Source of the DNA: Prevotella phage Lak-B7
Sequence record: MK250026.1
Direction: 5' to 3' (one strand)
Length of the DNA stretch: 40,000 nucleotides
Made by a program: the position numbers and the translations under genes. This document shows positions 1-14,130 of the stretch, in pieces. How positions within the stretch are numbered: position 1 is the first letter of the stretch; each line of letters opens with the position of its first letter. The notes beneath the pieces were generated by a model. That model worked only from the letters and a program-made list of their open reading frames with translations. It searched no databases and was not told the origin of the DNA.

Positions 1-3000
1 AGAATCTTTAAAATAATTCCAATTTTCATTAAATGATTCATTATTTATAAAATGATTAAATATTGCGGATGTTAAATTTATAGTTATAACTGTATTACCT
101 TGATTAATATCAGAAATATTATATGAAGAATCTGAATAATTAACAGATAATATGTCATTCGCAGTAGGATAAACAAATTTATTAATTAATATATAATCAT
201 TATGAATAACCATACAGTGTGAACCTAAGAATGATTTATCATCAATTCCTGTTTTATGTCCATCAATACTTATATAATCATTTTCATTAAGATATTTACG
301 ATAATAATTATTATCCCATGTCGCGCTTAATAATGAACGATTATCTACTAAATAATAATTTTTATTTAATCTCTATAAATTAGTGTCTTCAAATACTTTA
401 TTACCTGGATAATTCTGTATTCTATTAATATTTTTTATTTTTGTATTAGATTGCAATAAATCAACATTAAGAATATCTCGTAATTCATCATCTATATAAA
501 AATCAACCATATTATTCGTATTAGGTGTAAACCATCCGTAATTAAATTTAATCTAATTAGGTATTGATAATGTAAATATTAATGGATTATATTCTTCTGT
601 ATTATGTATTAATTTAACCTCTGCTTTTTCTGGGATAATATATATATCAATATCATTAGTAAATGTATCAACATATCGTTTTAACTTATCCTTCGGTGTT
701 TCTAATGATATTAATTTTGATATATACTTCTTAAAATGTGTTAAATTAGTTCCTGTTATCAATTTCGTGTTAGTTAATAAGTTTGTTTTATCATTTTTAT
801 ATGATATAATAAACTAATCACTATTAAGAATATTTGATAATTTTATATTGTTAACATTATTTACATTATTTTGTTTCTTTATAGTTAATCCTAATTTATT
901 TTCATTTAATGTTATTAATTTCGGATTTAATACATTTGTTATATTTAAATGCTAACTTATATTTTTTCCTATAGTTGTAGTACGTCTTATAACATTTTCA
1001 AGGATCTATTTAGCTGTATGATTATATTCACCATCTGCCTTTGTAATAATATACGCATGACTATTACTTGATATTGAATTTACATGAGTTAATGTACCTG
1101 GATAATCAATATACTCATAATTTGTTAATACACCAATATCATTATAATTATTAACAGAAACATATTCATTACAATCAACTGAATTTTCCATATTAAATGA
1201 AACAAACTATGGTGAATTAGTTGATAATGTTGTATTTACTATCGGTACATCATACTATGTAAATAATGAAGACCATAAATTATGTTCATCTATTAATGAC
1301 ATTAATTGTTTATGAAAATTATTCTTCTTATGAGCATGAATACCATTATTCATACAGTTAAGTGTCCTGAAATCAATATCATATGGTGCGTTAAGAACTG
1401 CATAATCAGCATAACTCTAATATTCATTTGTTGTAACATTCTTTATGTTAGATGTGCCTTCATGTGCATAATCAATATAGAACTAATGATTAATCAATAA
1501 GATGAACCTTTCTTTTAACGATATATAAATCTCATTAGTTTTTGATAAATCATAATCGGTTAAAACAAATGCTTCAAACCCTGAATAATCTTCAAGATGA
1601 ATATAACTATTAACAACCTTTGTATTTAACTTAATATTAAATTTAATACCGGAAAATATAAACTCAAGACTTTTAATATTAGAATTATAATATACAGATG
1701 CTGTATCAATATTAGTATTATCTATCAATAATTTTTTAATGGAATGCTGTACAGAACCATTTAATATACTTTCCTTATATGTAATTGATTCATTATTAAT
1801 ATACAATATATTATCTACTTTATTAGTTACATATTGATTTGTATCATAATCTGCTACATTATAAGTATTTTCACAGAAATTACCATTAAATTCATAATTT
1901 TCATTTAATGTATTAACATCTAATATGTTATTATTATCATAATATTGTCCATTAGATTTCCATAAACATTGTACAGATGGAACAATAGGATATAATAATT
2001 CACTATTACCTGTATTATTAGGATTTACAAAATAATTATTTGATTTTAATTCTGGAATTACAGTATCATAATTATATTCCTAATATTTTTGTTTGTCTGC
2101 TATTTTTAATTTAGTATTTTCTATAACAGATATTGAATTCAAATTATTTACGTTTATAGTTGTACTTATATATGCTGTTTTAGAAGGTGTTATTATAAAT
2201 GTCGTTCCTTTAGACACATTTACTTTATTGAATTTAAGTTTACCATCTAAAACTTCATACATCACTCCATGTTGTATTCTATAATCCGTTTCATCTGTTG
2301 CAATAGTTTCACCTGCCGGAATATCAATATATAAATTATCCTCATTATGTAATGTTCTGCTTAAATCAATAGTTGTATCTATATCTTTAATATTAGTAAT
2401 ACCCATTATAGCAACTGCGACTTCTGTAGGTTTATACAAATGAATCTTATTAGTTATTAATAACGAAGGATTAATAGTAGAAATCATGCATGTATTTACA
2501 TCATATGGATTTGTTATTACGCATAAATCCTATGTTTTATTAATAAACTACTATTGATTATCTAAACTATAATTCTTATAATTATCTGGTTCCCATACAT
2601 TATTTCTCAAATATCCATTTGTAATATTAAATACATTAACTGTATCATAAATACCATTTGTGTTATAAATTAATGGATACTTAATTTTATTAACTAAGTC
2701 ACTAATATCTGTATTAACAGAATATGTATAATTAAGTTCTTTTGTTGATTTAAACTTAACAACATTATTGTAACGCCAACCTAATGTTTCAAAACAATAA
2801 TTGGAGAATGCACAATAATAATTATCAAAATAATCTGATTGATTTGTCAATGCATGCATTTCATAAGTTATATTACTATTAAAATATGAAATAGTATCAT
2901 CTTTAATATTAACAGGATCTTCTGATTCAACATAACAATGTAAATCACTTATATTATTTAAATAATTATGTTCAGAATTATTATCTATATTCTTTATCCA

Positions 3001-6000
3001 ATCATTTTCATTATCATCCGGTTGTATATCATTTTCAATATATTTAATACCATTATGTTTAATAAATGAAATACTGTTATTATATTCTTTATTTGTTGTA
3101 TATAATGATGATACAAGACCATTTACTTTATCAAATCCAAAATAATCATAATGAAAATCATCAAACTTTGGTGCTAATATATGTTGAACATACATATTAT
3201 CATATGATGAAATTATAGAAATACTCTTATCATTATAAGATCCAACTTTAATTATATTAGTATTAAATTTCTCAATACATTTTATAATACGATTAATCTG
3301 TACATCTAATGTTGCAGTTATATCATTATATTCCAAATCCTATGAATAAAATGAAATTCTATAGAAATAAGTATTTTCAGAATATCTACATTTCTATTTG
3401 GCAACATATGGATTTATATTATAATCAGTCTCTAATAATCTATCATCATTTGATGCAATTATTTCATATACAATATGTTCAGTTGTAAACTTATTTGTTT
3501 CATATGTATTACCAGCATTAGTAACAGAAGATTTAATAGGATAATCCTATGCAATAAATTTAATATGTTCACCACATTCAATAGGTTTATTGAAATGTAA
3601 TATTATAAAACTTTTATCAGTATCTTTATCTATCTTAATTTCTGATGAATCTAATGACATTAAATTTGAGTCTGGAGTATTAGTGACATAATTCTTAAAG
3701 AAATTCTTTAAATCAATATCAGTCTAAACTCTACCTACATTATTATTTGTTATTGCGAAGAATAATCTATCATAATATTTCTTATCGAATATTACTTTAT
3801 AAATATTCTCATCTCCTTTATAAATATCACCATTTTCATCATATTTAGTTAATACTGTATTTCCTGTACTATTCTTAGAAGAAACAACATAACCATAATT
3901 AATGAAATCATTTGCAGTTAAATATAATCCAAAATAACGATGCATAGAATATTCTTCCATATCATTATCATCAAACATAAACTCAAGGTTTATAATATTG
4001 GAATATATAAGATTATGTCTTTCAAAGCCAGCAATAATATAATTATTAAACATTTCTTGTTTATTAGCTATATCTGAATTTAATATTTTAGATCCAAAAT
4101 ATGTTGTCTCTGACTAATTAACAAGAATGCCTCTATCTACTGATATACCTTTCCATATATTATTGCCTTGTCTATAATAAGGAGAATTCTAATTATAATC
4201 CTGTTCAATAAATTGCAAATAACATTGTCCATAATTAGACAACATATTCTTATAATTATTAAGATATTGTCCAATAGATGTTGTTGTTCTTAAATCAAAT
4301 GTCTTTATAACCTTTGATTCTTTAATTAATTTCTTTAATTTTTCTGTATCATTAATTCCTTCACCTGAATATGTCTCTTCATTAAATATATCGTCATATC
4401 TGAATATCGCGAAGAATTCTGGTACATTATTTCCTATATGTAATGGCGCGAGAATCTTCATATTTTCAGAATAAAGACTATCTGTATTTGTTTCTGCACC
4501 ATATTCATACATTGTTTCATATTGATCTTTATAATCAGTATAAACCTTATGTGCTTTCAGAGAATTTTCTGGTAATCCAAATAAATTTTTAATAGGAATT
4601 TTACTGAATACCTTTTTTATATCTCTTGGATAATTACCATCAGATGAAATAGGGTATTTACGAACATTCTTATTATTTAATACAGCATTAGCTTTAAATG
4701 TATCAAGATATAAGTTATAATCTTTATCTACAACTAATTTAATATTTCCAGATAACTTTGGATTTGCTCTTAATAACATTGATGAATGATGTTGTGTATT
4801 AAGTTCATAACCTTTATTATCATAATTTGTTAGATGCTTTTCATTTTCATCATTAGTAACTATTAATCGTCCGTTTATTTTATTGCTAGATTTATCAGTA
4901 ATAGTTAAAACAATATCTTCTGATGAGCTAATAGGATAATCATCATCTAAACTTATTGTAAATATACCAGGTTCTATCCTATTTTCAAATATAATATTAT
5001 TATCTGTTTTATTTATGAAATCATTAATATGAACACCATTAATTCTTAAATAATTTTTCAAAGCATTATTCTATAATGTTATAATATAATTTGAAGGAGT
5101 TTCTGTTTTTACACGAATATTACTTCCATATACAGATATTTTATTTATAACAGACTATGTATTAATATCAGATATTTTTTTATCTTTTAAAACTATCATA
5201 TCCGGTACTTGTTCTTTTAATTTATCCTAATCAATTATCAACTAATCTGTAATTTTGTCAACATATGAAATTTCTAAATTTGCTTCAATATCTGTTAAAC
5301 TTTTATCGGATACTTCTTTTTCTGTATTTGTATAATCATATACATCTGTTAAATAAATATAATTTCCAGATAAAATAGGATATACACCATATCTAGGAAT
5401 TTGTTTTGTTAAAGGATTCGCACATTCTTTTGTTTCAATACTATGTCCGTCTTCATCTATGTCTATTTCATAATTATATAATTTTTCATTATTGTTTATA
5501 TCGTCATTACCAGTTGCTATTTCATACTTAGGTTTATCTTCATCCGTATTTATTAATACATAACGATGATATATAGCTCTATAAGAACTGTCTATACAAC
5601 TTATACTCTTTTCACCTAATGTTATTAATTTTGTGTTATCAGCTATATTACCATTATTAGGATAATCGTTATTATCTTGGACAGGTACACTATAAATTAT
5701 AGTATCTTTATTATTAATAGTAGTATCATTATACTTATTACATATACGATTACTAAAATTATACATTTCTTTATAATCATTGAAGAATTCGGTTTCATCC
5801 TAATCAAAAAACACGCTTGAATCAAATCGATTATATATTCTATATGAATTATTATGTGTACAAAAATTCTTGATTATAAAATCATTAATACTAAAGCTAT
5901 AATTTTCAGCATTATTATGATATATTTTTATATTAGTTCTATATGTCTTAAAAGGCTCTTTATCATTATTAAACGTAAATGAGCCGTTAATATTAAAAGT

Positions 6001-7056
6001 ATAAAAATCATTCTATGCATCCTTATCAACTTTAGTCGTAATATTTCTATCTTTAATATAAGTATTATATACAGTAGGAGACCAGATAAAAACAGGTTTA
6101 TAATATATAAATTTTAATGGTACTGATTTTTGTTTATATCCTAAATAAGCATTCTAAGAAACAACACATTCTGTATATGCACTAACAGACAATAATGATT
6201 TAGGATCTGTATATATTGCACTAATTTGAAACCTTAATACATTTCGGTCTTCCTATATAAAATTATCAGGTACATACAATAAATTTGTATGTGGTATTAA
6301 TGTATTATTATCTGTATTATAATCAAATGCTGGTAATAATAATGTATTGTTATTAAGTTTATCATCTTCCCATTTTGGTAAAGTTATATCCTTAATTGCC
6401 TCTTGTAATTTCTGCTCTTCTATATTAATTTTATTATTATTATATAAAATTACGGGTTTAATAATTAATTTAAATGGAAAGTCACCTATATTTTTATCAT
6501 ATAAATTCCAATTAGTTAATGAATCATTAATATGTGATTTATTATCGCTCCAATATATTTTAACATTAATCTTATAATTTGCAACATAATGATCATCAAT
6601 ATAACCTCCATTAAAATTTGAATTAAATGCACTTGGTAAATCATTACCAATATTTACAAATGTACCTTCATCATATGTAGAATCGTCAGAATGAAATAAT
6701 AAGTCACTAAATATATTATTTGCTATATTTTTATTAACATTAATATTATTTAATGGGAATATATTTCCATAAATTATTTTATTTGAATTTTTCTCTGAAT
6801 TCTTTCCATAAAAAGGTAATTTATCAAATTTTGCTGTTAATTCCATTTTAACAGGATATGGTAAATCACTATTTATATTTTCTTTATCTTTAAACTAAAA
6901 CGAATCAGGGTCATATACATATCCTAATTTATCTGTATTCATGACAGGAATTGGATATTCTACATCTTCATACCCATTTATTAAAACAGATGAATTAATA
7001 ACAACATCTCTCTTATTTGGTGTTAACTTAAATAAATATTTCTTTTCTTTTGCCAT
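1..7056 (-). CDS. Giant structural protein (tail/baseplate/fibre-like), partial, continues beyond the left edge; at least 2,350 codons with TAG read as sense
   Basis: ORF-track pieces ending at 762, 1191, 1806, 2487, 3336, 4053, 5061, 5766 and 6846 share one frame with the ATG at 7056. They are separated only by TAG (cta on +). Spot translation of the gaps found no TAA/TGA. Starts MAKEKKYLFKLTPNKRDVVINSSVLMNGYEDVEYP. Beta-rich, Asn/Asp/Tyr-rich composition; I counted more than 20 in-frame TAG. Confidence 0.85.
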
Positions 7057-7099
7057 TTGTATCCTTAAATCAAATTCGTTTCATTATTTATTAGATGAA

Positions 7100-7140
7100 A
7101 AAAGAGATATTACTTTTTATATTGAAGTAATATCTCTTTT
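7100..7140 (-). terminator. Intrinsic terminator-like hairpin between two late genes
   Basis: Perfect 16-bp inverted repeat AAAAGAGATATTACTT / AAGTAATATCTCTTTT with a 9-nt loop, T-rich on the 3' side in the minus orientation, just after the stop at 7159. Confidence 0.8.
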
Positions 7141-7158
7141 CATTAAAATTATTTTTAT

Positions 7159-9414
7159 TTAATCATCTTCTGAAACACTAATATCATAATTAATATAATT
7201 AATACTTGCAATATCTCCAAGATAACCAACGCTATCAAACTCTTTATCGATAGTATCAACTTTATCCTATAATGATATAGAAGTAATTACTTTTGTTCCT
7301 GATGATTCATCTGTATTCTCATACGCTATATTTTTTGCTATGTGTTTAAAATACAAACCATTAACTGAATTACTATTAGGTATTGTATCATCAAGGTGCG
7401 AAGTAACTCCAGACGAACTTAATGTATTATTAATAGCGATAGTTAACGCATCATCATTTACATCCTTAATTAAATCTGCAATTTCATTTGTTGATGAAAG
7501 ATTATCAGGAAATGATATAATAATAGAATTAGACCAATCTGATCTTAAAGGATTTGTTGGATAACCTGCTTCTGATATTGATCTTACTTTAATCTCTACA
7601 CGTTCACCTTTCTAAATAGGTATATCTATTTGATTAATGTTAACTTCCGTGGAATCTGCGACATTCTCAACAACCCATTTATAGCCGTTACCATCATTTA
7701 CTTTTGTCTTCATCTATGACTATGATATATTCCAATCAGAGAATGTACCTGTAACGCTTGAACCTGTATTCTAATCATTATATGTAAATGTATTTAATAA
7801 TACAGGTGTATTATCTTCTTTAACATAACGATATGCAATATCAAATCCTATAATTTCTTCTTGTAATTCAGAATTTCCTATACGTGTTTTCTATACAGGT
7901 ATAGAAAAGAAACCTCTGATTCTATATTTAGGATCTGTTAATAAGGCACCATTTGAACGAACTTCAGACTAAAACGCAGAAACATTACTTGAATAACTAG
8001 ACTATGCATTCTATAATTCCAATGTTTGTGTGTTTATTTGCTCCTGTTTCGCGTTATAATCACTGATGTTAGTAATATTCTATAACTCTGATTTTAAGTC
8101 CGCTATGGCAGATTTAAGGCTATCTATCTTTGTCTTATCATCTGCAATAAGAGATGCTGTATTCTTAATAGTTGTTGTGTCAATTGCCGCATTAATTTGT
8201 GTGTTAACCTATACGACTCTCATATCGGATTCTGATAATGTTGGTGCATTTGGTTTCTAACCACTCCATGCGGTAACAGTTCTCTCCTTAGCCTCATCAA
8301 TCATCTTTGCGCCCCAATCAACTACATAATTACTGTAATATTCAGATAATGAAGTTGTTGATACATTACCATTATTATCTTCATATAAAAGATTATCAGT
8401 ATCAACTCTAATCGGTGTTGACCATGTATCTCCTTGAAGATTATATGCTTCTGAAATACCTTTTACATATATAATATCATATTCATGTGCACCAACTCTT
8501 ACAGAAATAACTTTACTTCTGAATGGATCTTCATAATAATTAAGTGTCGCATAAACACCTGGCAAAGTCGCTCCTGTAATTCTCTTTAATCTTACCTTAC
8601 TTGAATTCTAGTTAATCGCTATAATCTCAAATATTGAATCACTATATGATAACTAATCTCCAATAGATAACACATTATTTTTCCCCTAATCAATACCTTC
8701 GTTTGATATTGTAGAATATGTTATATTATCCAATGTATACCAAACATTACCGTTAATAATATCTGGATCCTATATAATCTAGAAAATTCCTGATTTAGTA
8801 TTTCTTACTAATGGTAGTTGAACAATCTCTTCATCTTCAGAATATGAAATATTATTATTAGCTAATAATGATTTCAATGAAAGATAATCCATACCAGATG
8901 TTATTTGATTATTATTCCACAATGTTGTAGCTGAATCATCATTAGAATTAAGAATTACCCTTACAACCTTAACTCTATCTGCATCATCTTCTATCTAACC
9001 TGTTAAATCAATATCGACAGTTAATCCTGGAAACATTAAGTCTTCAAAGAACCAATTAGTATCTAATTTAAATGTAGATGGATCTTGTAAACCTGCAATC
9101 TATGTCGGTGTCTAAGGAATCGAGCTCAACTTAATAGTTCTTCTTGAACCATCGTTAAGATTAATTGTTCCTTTACCAGTTGAAAGTGAATTAAGCGAAT
9201 CTTCAACAGCTTTCAACCTATTAACAATCGAAGCATAACTTGGTAATTGATATTTAGAATTTGTTCCCTATGTATCTTGATATTCATAAGTTACGAATGT
9301 ATCATTAGTTGTTAAAGATCTTTGCATAGCGGATAATAATGAAAGTTCATTAGTTTGCTATGCAATAGTCTTACGCATATTCTCTGCAAAACTGTTTATA
9401 TTATTTGTACTCAT
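7159..9414 (-). CDS. Structural protein with a fibronectin-III-like stretch, 751 aa with TAG as sense
   Basis: Continuous frame MSTNNINSFAENMRKTIAQQTNELSLL...VSEDD once TAG is read through. Contains FN3-like ...GERVEIKVRSISEAGYPTNPLRSDWSNSIIISFP. The start of ORF-track piece 8257..8565 is in frame. Confidence 0.75.
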
Positions 9415-9427
9415 CTTATATTATCCG

Positions 9428-11308
9428 TTATTTATTTTCTAATTCTTGTATTCTATTATTTAAATCTTGTATATATTTAATCATTAATGGTATCAATGAC
9501 TCATAATTGACAAATGTTGTTCCTCTCTCATTATCATTTGTTTCATCACCTGTTCTATATACTAACTTATCAAATCCAAATCCTTGTAATATATACTAAG
9601 GCAAATCAATACTTGGATATACATTATTGTTATATGTATAATAATTAACCTAAATACCGTTTATAATATCATTTATATTACCATTATCTGTTGTCCATTC
9701 ACCTAATGCAGTATCAGCTTGTGATTCAACATTAAATATAGGTTTATAAACAGAAGGAACATTATAAGTATATTCATCATTCAAAATTTTTATTGGAGGC
9801 GTATAAGATGAACCTTGATATATAGATGTATTGATAAAATCATTTTTTAAATTATTAAGTTGAATCTTAATAACATTATTGCCATCGCTTGTAGTTGAAT
9901 CTGTAGACGTGTCTGTAATAGGTAATATAACATTTGTCTTTACATTCTATGCAATAATACCAGATGTTTTTGAACCATTAAGGTAACCATCTAATTTAGT
10001 TTCTAGTTCCTCTAATTTTTGTTTATTTTCATCTGTTAACTTAAGTGTTGTCATATAAGCATCTTGAATAGCCATTGTTGACTAAACATTAGTATTCATC
10101 ACATCAATAGCTCTGTTAAGATTACTAACAACATCAGAAAAATCAACACTATTAATAGAAGACATTGTTGTATTATCCTATATCATCGCATCTGTATTAT
10201 CATATACAGATAAAGTCTTTATATTAACACGGAATGAATAACTATTACCAAAGAAATTTGCCTTATTAGGACCTCCAAATGATTTCTTCTTAGTTAATGT
10301 AGGAATCTTAATACCTTCTGCTGTACTTTTTGGTGAATCTAAAAATACAATGCCAAAAAGATTTATTGCATATGCTGATTTCGTAGTATCATTCTAATCA
10401 TAAACACTATAATAAAGAAGAATTGCATTAAAACCAAATTCACATGGTTTTGATGTAATATCACAGAATTGATCTTTAAACTAATTATTAGCATCAATAT
10501 TTACATCATCATAAGAATTAATCTATATTTGATTATTTGTGTCATTACAAAAGTTTCTACAGGCAGTTTGTATCTATGTAATATCTTTTACAATTTCATA
10601 TGCGTCATTCAACTGATAATTTGAATTATTAACATTATCATATCTAGGTTTTGTATCACTTAATATTTTTAATGTATCTACATTATTTGTTCTTCCTTGT
10701 AAATGTTCATTATCACCACAATTATATGTATGTCCATATATATAATTAGTTTCTGCGGAATCCTAAACCTATTTAAAAAATACAGGACCATTACCATAAC
10801 TAGTTGGAATATTAACATATGTTTCATTAAACATACCAAATTCTGTACTTAATGAATTACCTGCATCTATTGCTCCAAAACATTGAACAGTCCTTGTTTT
10901 ATAATTGTCGTTATCTCCTTTTTCTCTATAATAAACGTCATTATTCTTTTGATTTCTCTCTAATGTTAATAAATTATTAATATGTCTATTCTCAAATGAT
11001 TTTAACCAATGAAAGAAACAACGCTCAGTAACTGTATGGTATTCTTGATAATTATACTTATCATCATTTAATAATCTTGTTTCAAGATTCATCATATAAT
11101 TCTATAAATCAGTTGCAATTGCTATTGATTCCTATTTAAGATCTGTATTACCAAACATTCTTGGAAGATTAAGTAAAGCATAATGTGACATTGCAACACC
11201 TGTTGCTCGACTATTTAAATTCAAACCAATATCTTCATTAGCAGATGGGAAAACATATAATGTTGCACCGTTATCTCTCAACGGTCTTAATAAAGGTGTT
11301 CTAATCAT
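9428..11308 (-). CDS. Structural protein, 626 aa with TAG as sense
   Basis: Continuous frame MIRTPLLRPLRDNGATLYVFPSANEDIGLNLNSRATG...IPLMIKYIQDLNNRIQELENK; contains track ORF 10769..11095 in frame; coiled C-terminus. Confidence 0.75.
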
Positions 11309-11326
11309 TTTCTTTAAAAATTAATT

Positions 11327-12298
11327 TTATTTTCTCTCTATCATAATATCATCTGCTGAACGAACTGAATAATCTAATACATCCCAAGATGATCCATATT
11401 CATCATCATTGGCAATACATTTCAATGTAATTCTATTTAATTCATCCTTTGATATTCTTAAAAATTTATTTTCTTCCCTTGATAATACAACTCTATAAAA
11501 TGCTTTTGATTTACTATCATTAAATCTTAATTTAACTATAGAACCAGGAATTCCATTTATAGAAGCAGTATGTTCATCATTTATAGTAACCGTATGATTG
11601 TAATCATAATAAGTATATATAAATCCAGATTTAATATCATTGTATTGATATTTTGGTAAATTCATTCTTTTTAACTAAATAGCTGTTGCAAACAGCATAC
11701 TCTAATCAAAAGTAAATGACTAAGGTTCATTCAAACTCTACTCAGATGATTTACTTGCGCCATATAAACCAATATAACCTTGTTCATCAGAATAACTATT
11801 ACTAAACTATTTCTTTAAACTATCAACACTACTTATAATCTATTCTAATGTATCAGCCAATGACTAAACGGTTCCATTTCCTAATTCAACACCAATAGCG
11901 CCAGAATTATGTGCATACTTATTCATATCTGAATTAATTTTATCATATGGTACAGTTTTTAATAAGCCACCATCATTATATAAATAACGTCCATTTAATG
12001 CATCATGGTTTATACCTTCATTATTACTACCACCAGATCTAATAATCTATTCAAGACTTTTTGTATCTTCAACTGAAAACTATTTAGCTGTTATTTTATT
12101 AAATACACCAGTATTAGCCTTTACATAAGATTTCTAATCATCTGTATTATCTATATTAACTTTAATACATTGTTTATTACTATCATATATATTATCTATA
12201 TAATCAGATATTGATTGATTATTCTCATTAATAATTCTTGGAAGCTAACCAATCATTGTTCTTATAGATATATCATTTAATTTCTCTTTTAAACTCAT
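11327..12298 (-). CDS. Structural protein, 323 aa with TAG as sense
   Basis: Continuous frame MSLKEKLNDISIRTMIGQLPRIINENQSISDYIDNIYD...ADDIMIERK; in frame with track ORF 11327..11665; first gene of the leftward late cluster. Confidence 0.75.
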
Positions 12299-12673
12299 CT
12301 ATATCAAATAAAGATTTTATTTACTTATTTATTTAGAGAAAATCATACATGTCAAAATTAAATTGATTATTTAAAATAAGTTAAATAAAACTTTATTATA
12401 TTATATATTTTACTAAACTTTTCTAATAATGTTTATCTATATATAAAATAAAAAAATGATATAATAAAGAAAAAATTCTAAATTACATCATTTATATTAA
12501 TTTCAAAAATATTTTACATTTTCCAAGGATCTACCTTTCTAAAAATATTATTTAATAAAAAATTGATCCTACAATATTTATCTCTATAAAAATTAACTAT
12601 TAAAAAAGAAAGTAACCAAAGAAAAAAATAAATTTTCACCAATATTATATTAAATTTATAAATTAAATTTTTT

Positions 12674-12693
12674 AGATATTATATATAATATCT
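12674..12693. repeat. Perfect 20-bp palindrome AGATATTATATATAATATCT
   Basis: Read directly; abuts copy A of the direct repeat. Confidence 0.85.
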
Positions 12694-12795
12694 ATCTCAA
12701 CCTTAAATACTAACATATTTATTATACTCAAGTTTTCATAAAAAGTCTACTTTTTATTTAAATATTTTTAATAAATTTTAAAAATAATTTATAAC
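12690..12795. repeat. Diverged direct repeat, copy A
   Basis: TCTCAACCTTAAATACTAACATATTTATTATACTCAAGTTTTCATAAAAAGTCTACTTTTTATTTAAATATTTTTAATAAATTTT...; partner at 12907-13012. Confidence 0.6.
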
Positions 12796-12906
12796 TTACT
12801 GATAATCAATATATATTTAACTTAATTTATACAAATTCTAAATAATATTATTAAATTTTATAAATTATTTTTAAAATTTAAATAAAAAACTAATTTTTTT
12901 ACTTTA

Positions 12907-13012
12907 AATATCTTAACCTCTCAAAATACCAGTATTTATTTTACTTACTTTTGTGAAAAAAGTCTACATTATTTTAAATTATTTTTTAATTATTTTTAAT
13001 GTAATTTTAACT
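12907..13012. repeat. Diverged direct repeat, copy B
   Basis: ATATCTTAACCTCTCAAAATACCAGTATTTATTTTACTTACTTTTGTGAAAAAAGTCTACATTATTTTAAATTATTTTTTAATTATTTTTAATG; about 217 bp after copy A, sharing AAAAAGTCTAC and flanks. Confidence 0.6.
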
Positions 13013-13055
13013 AATAAAATAGACTTTTAATTAAGACTTTAATATAATTATGCTA

Positions 13056-13063
13056 TATAAATA
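13056..13063 (+). promoter_or_regulatory. T4-late-type TATAAATA box upstream of the helicase gene
   Basis: Exact TATAAATA, about 35 nt upstream of the ATG at 13098. Confidence 0.45.
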
Positions 13064-13097
13064 TAAGAAGAGAAAATTATACATATATAAAAGTAAA

Positions 13098-14123
13098 ATG
13101 AAAGTTGATATAACATTTGATAACAAATGGTTTGTTGTCAGTTCAAATTATCTATTTGAACTTAATGTTATACGCAGAGCTTTTACAAGGGAAATTCCAA
13201 ATGCGTGGATGTTAAAGAAGATTACTGACATACAAATTACTGATAGAGAATTCATGAACAAATATAATATGATTTCTACTAATTTGTGGTTAGAAATTAT
13301 TAAGGTTGCTAAAAAGTTCAATATAGCAATGGAAATGACTCCAGCTGCACAGAATTATTTAAATTAGTTTACATTAAAGTTTGAAGATTTTAAGAGTTAT
13401 ATAGATGATATTTTTGAAGGTGCAGAAACAGATGAAGGAAAAGAATTTAGACCATATGATTATCAGATAAAAGCGGCGTATACATTATTAAAATATAAAA
13501 AATGTTGTGGAGAAATTTCTACTTCAGGTGGAAAAACATTAATTTCATTCATGATATTCAAATATTTAATTGATACACAAAATATAGATAATATTTTATA
13601 TATTGTTCCATCAGTTGACTTAGCTAATCAATCTGCTGAACAATATGAACGATATGAGTCTTACCTTAAGAAACATAATCATAATTGGGAAATAGGAATT
13701 CTTAGGTCTGGTTTAACAAAGAAACAAAAAGAAAAAGTCGAATCATGTAATATATTGTTTGGAACTTTTCAAAGTCTTTGTAAACGTAAAAAAGAGTTTT
13801 TTGATAGATTTGAATCATGTATAATAGATGAGTGTTGTCATCCAGATACATTAATAACAATGGCAGATGGAAATAAAAAGAAAATTTCTGATGTTGTAGA
13901 AGGCGATAAAGTATTTACGTATAATGAAAACACAAAGAAAAAAGAAATACATGAAGTTGAGTATGTATATAAAAATTTATCATCACATGATGTAATATAT
14001 GAATTAGAAAAAGAGGATGGTACATTTATTAAATTAACAGGTAATCATAAAGTTTTAACAAAAAATAGAGGTTATGTACGTGTTGATGATTTAAATATAG
14101 ATGATGATATTTTAGAGTTTTGA
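13098..14123 (+). CDS. uvsW: UvsW-like DExH helicase, N-terminal extein (about 245 aa) fused to the N-terminal fragment of a split intein (about 96 aa)
   Basis: MKVDITFDNKWFVVSSNYLFELNVIRRAFT...QPYDYQIKAAYTLLKYKKCCGEISTSGGKTLISFMIF...FDRFESCIIDE then intein N-motif CCHPDTLITMADGNKKKISDVVEGDKVFTYNE...LTGNHKVLTKNRGYVRVDDLNIDDDILEF, ending TGA. Two in-frame TAG in the extein. Confidence 0.85.
13833..14120 (+). other. N-terminal split-intein fragment (IntN)
   Basis: Begins at Cys in motif II (IIDE|C). Has block A (CCHPDTLITMADG) and block B (KLTGNHKVLT) hallmarks. Confidence 0.85.
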
Positions 14124-14130
14124 TTTTTTA

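Larger units (their letters stand above)
12299..13097. promoter_or_regulatory. Extremely AT-rich divergent intergenic region (putative bidirectional control region)
   Basis: About 800 bp with no supported ORF between leftward late genes and the rightward helicase gene. Contains a palindrome, diverged direct repeats and a TATAAATA box. Confidence 0.6.

Noticed and set aside
1-12298. Apparent pseudogene decay or frameshift-riddled region made of many short ORFs
   Set aside because: The fragments share frames and are interrupted only by TAG, consistently across genes. This is recoding, not decay.
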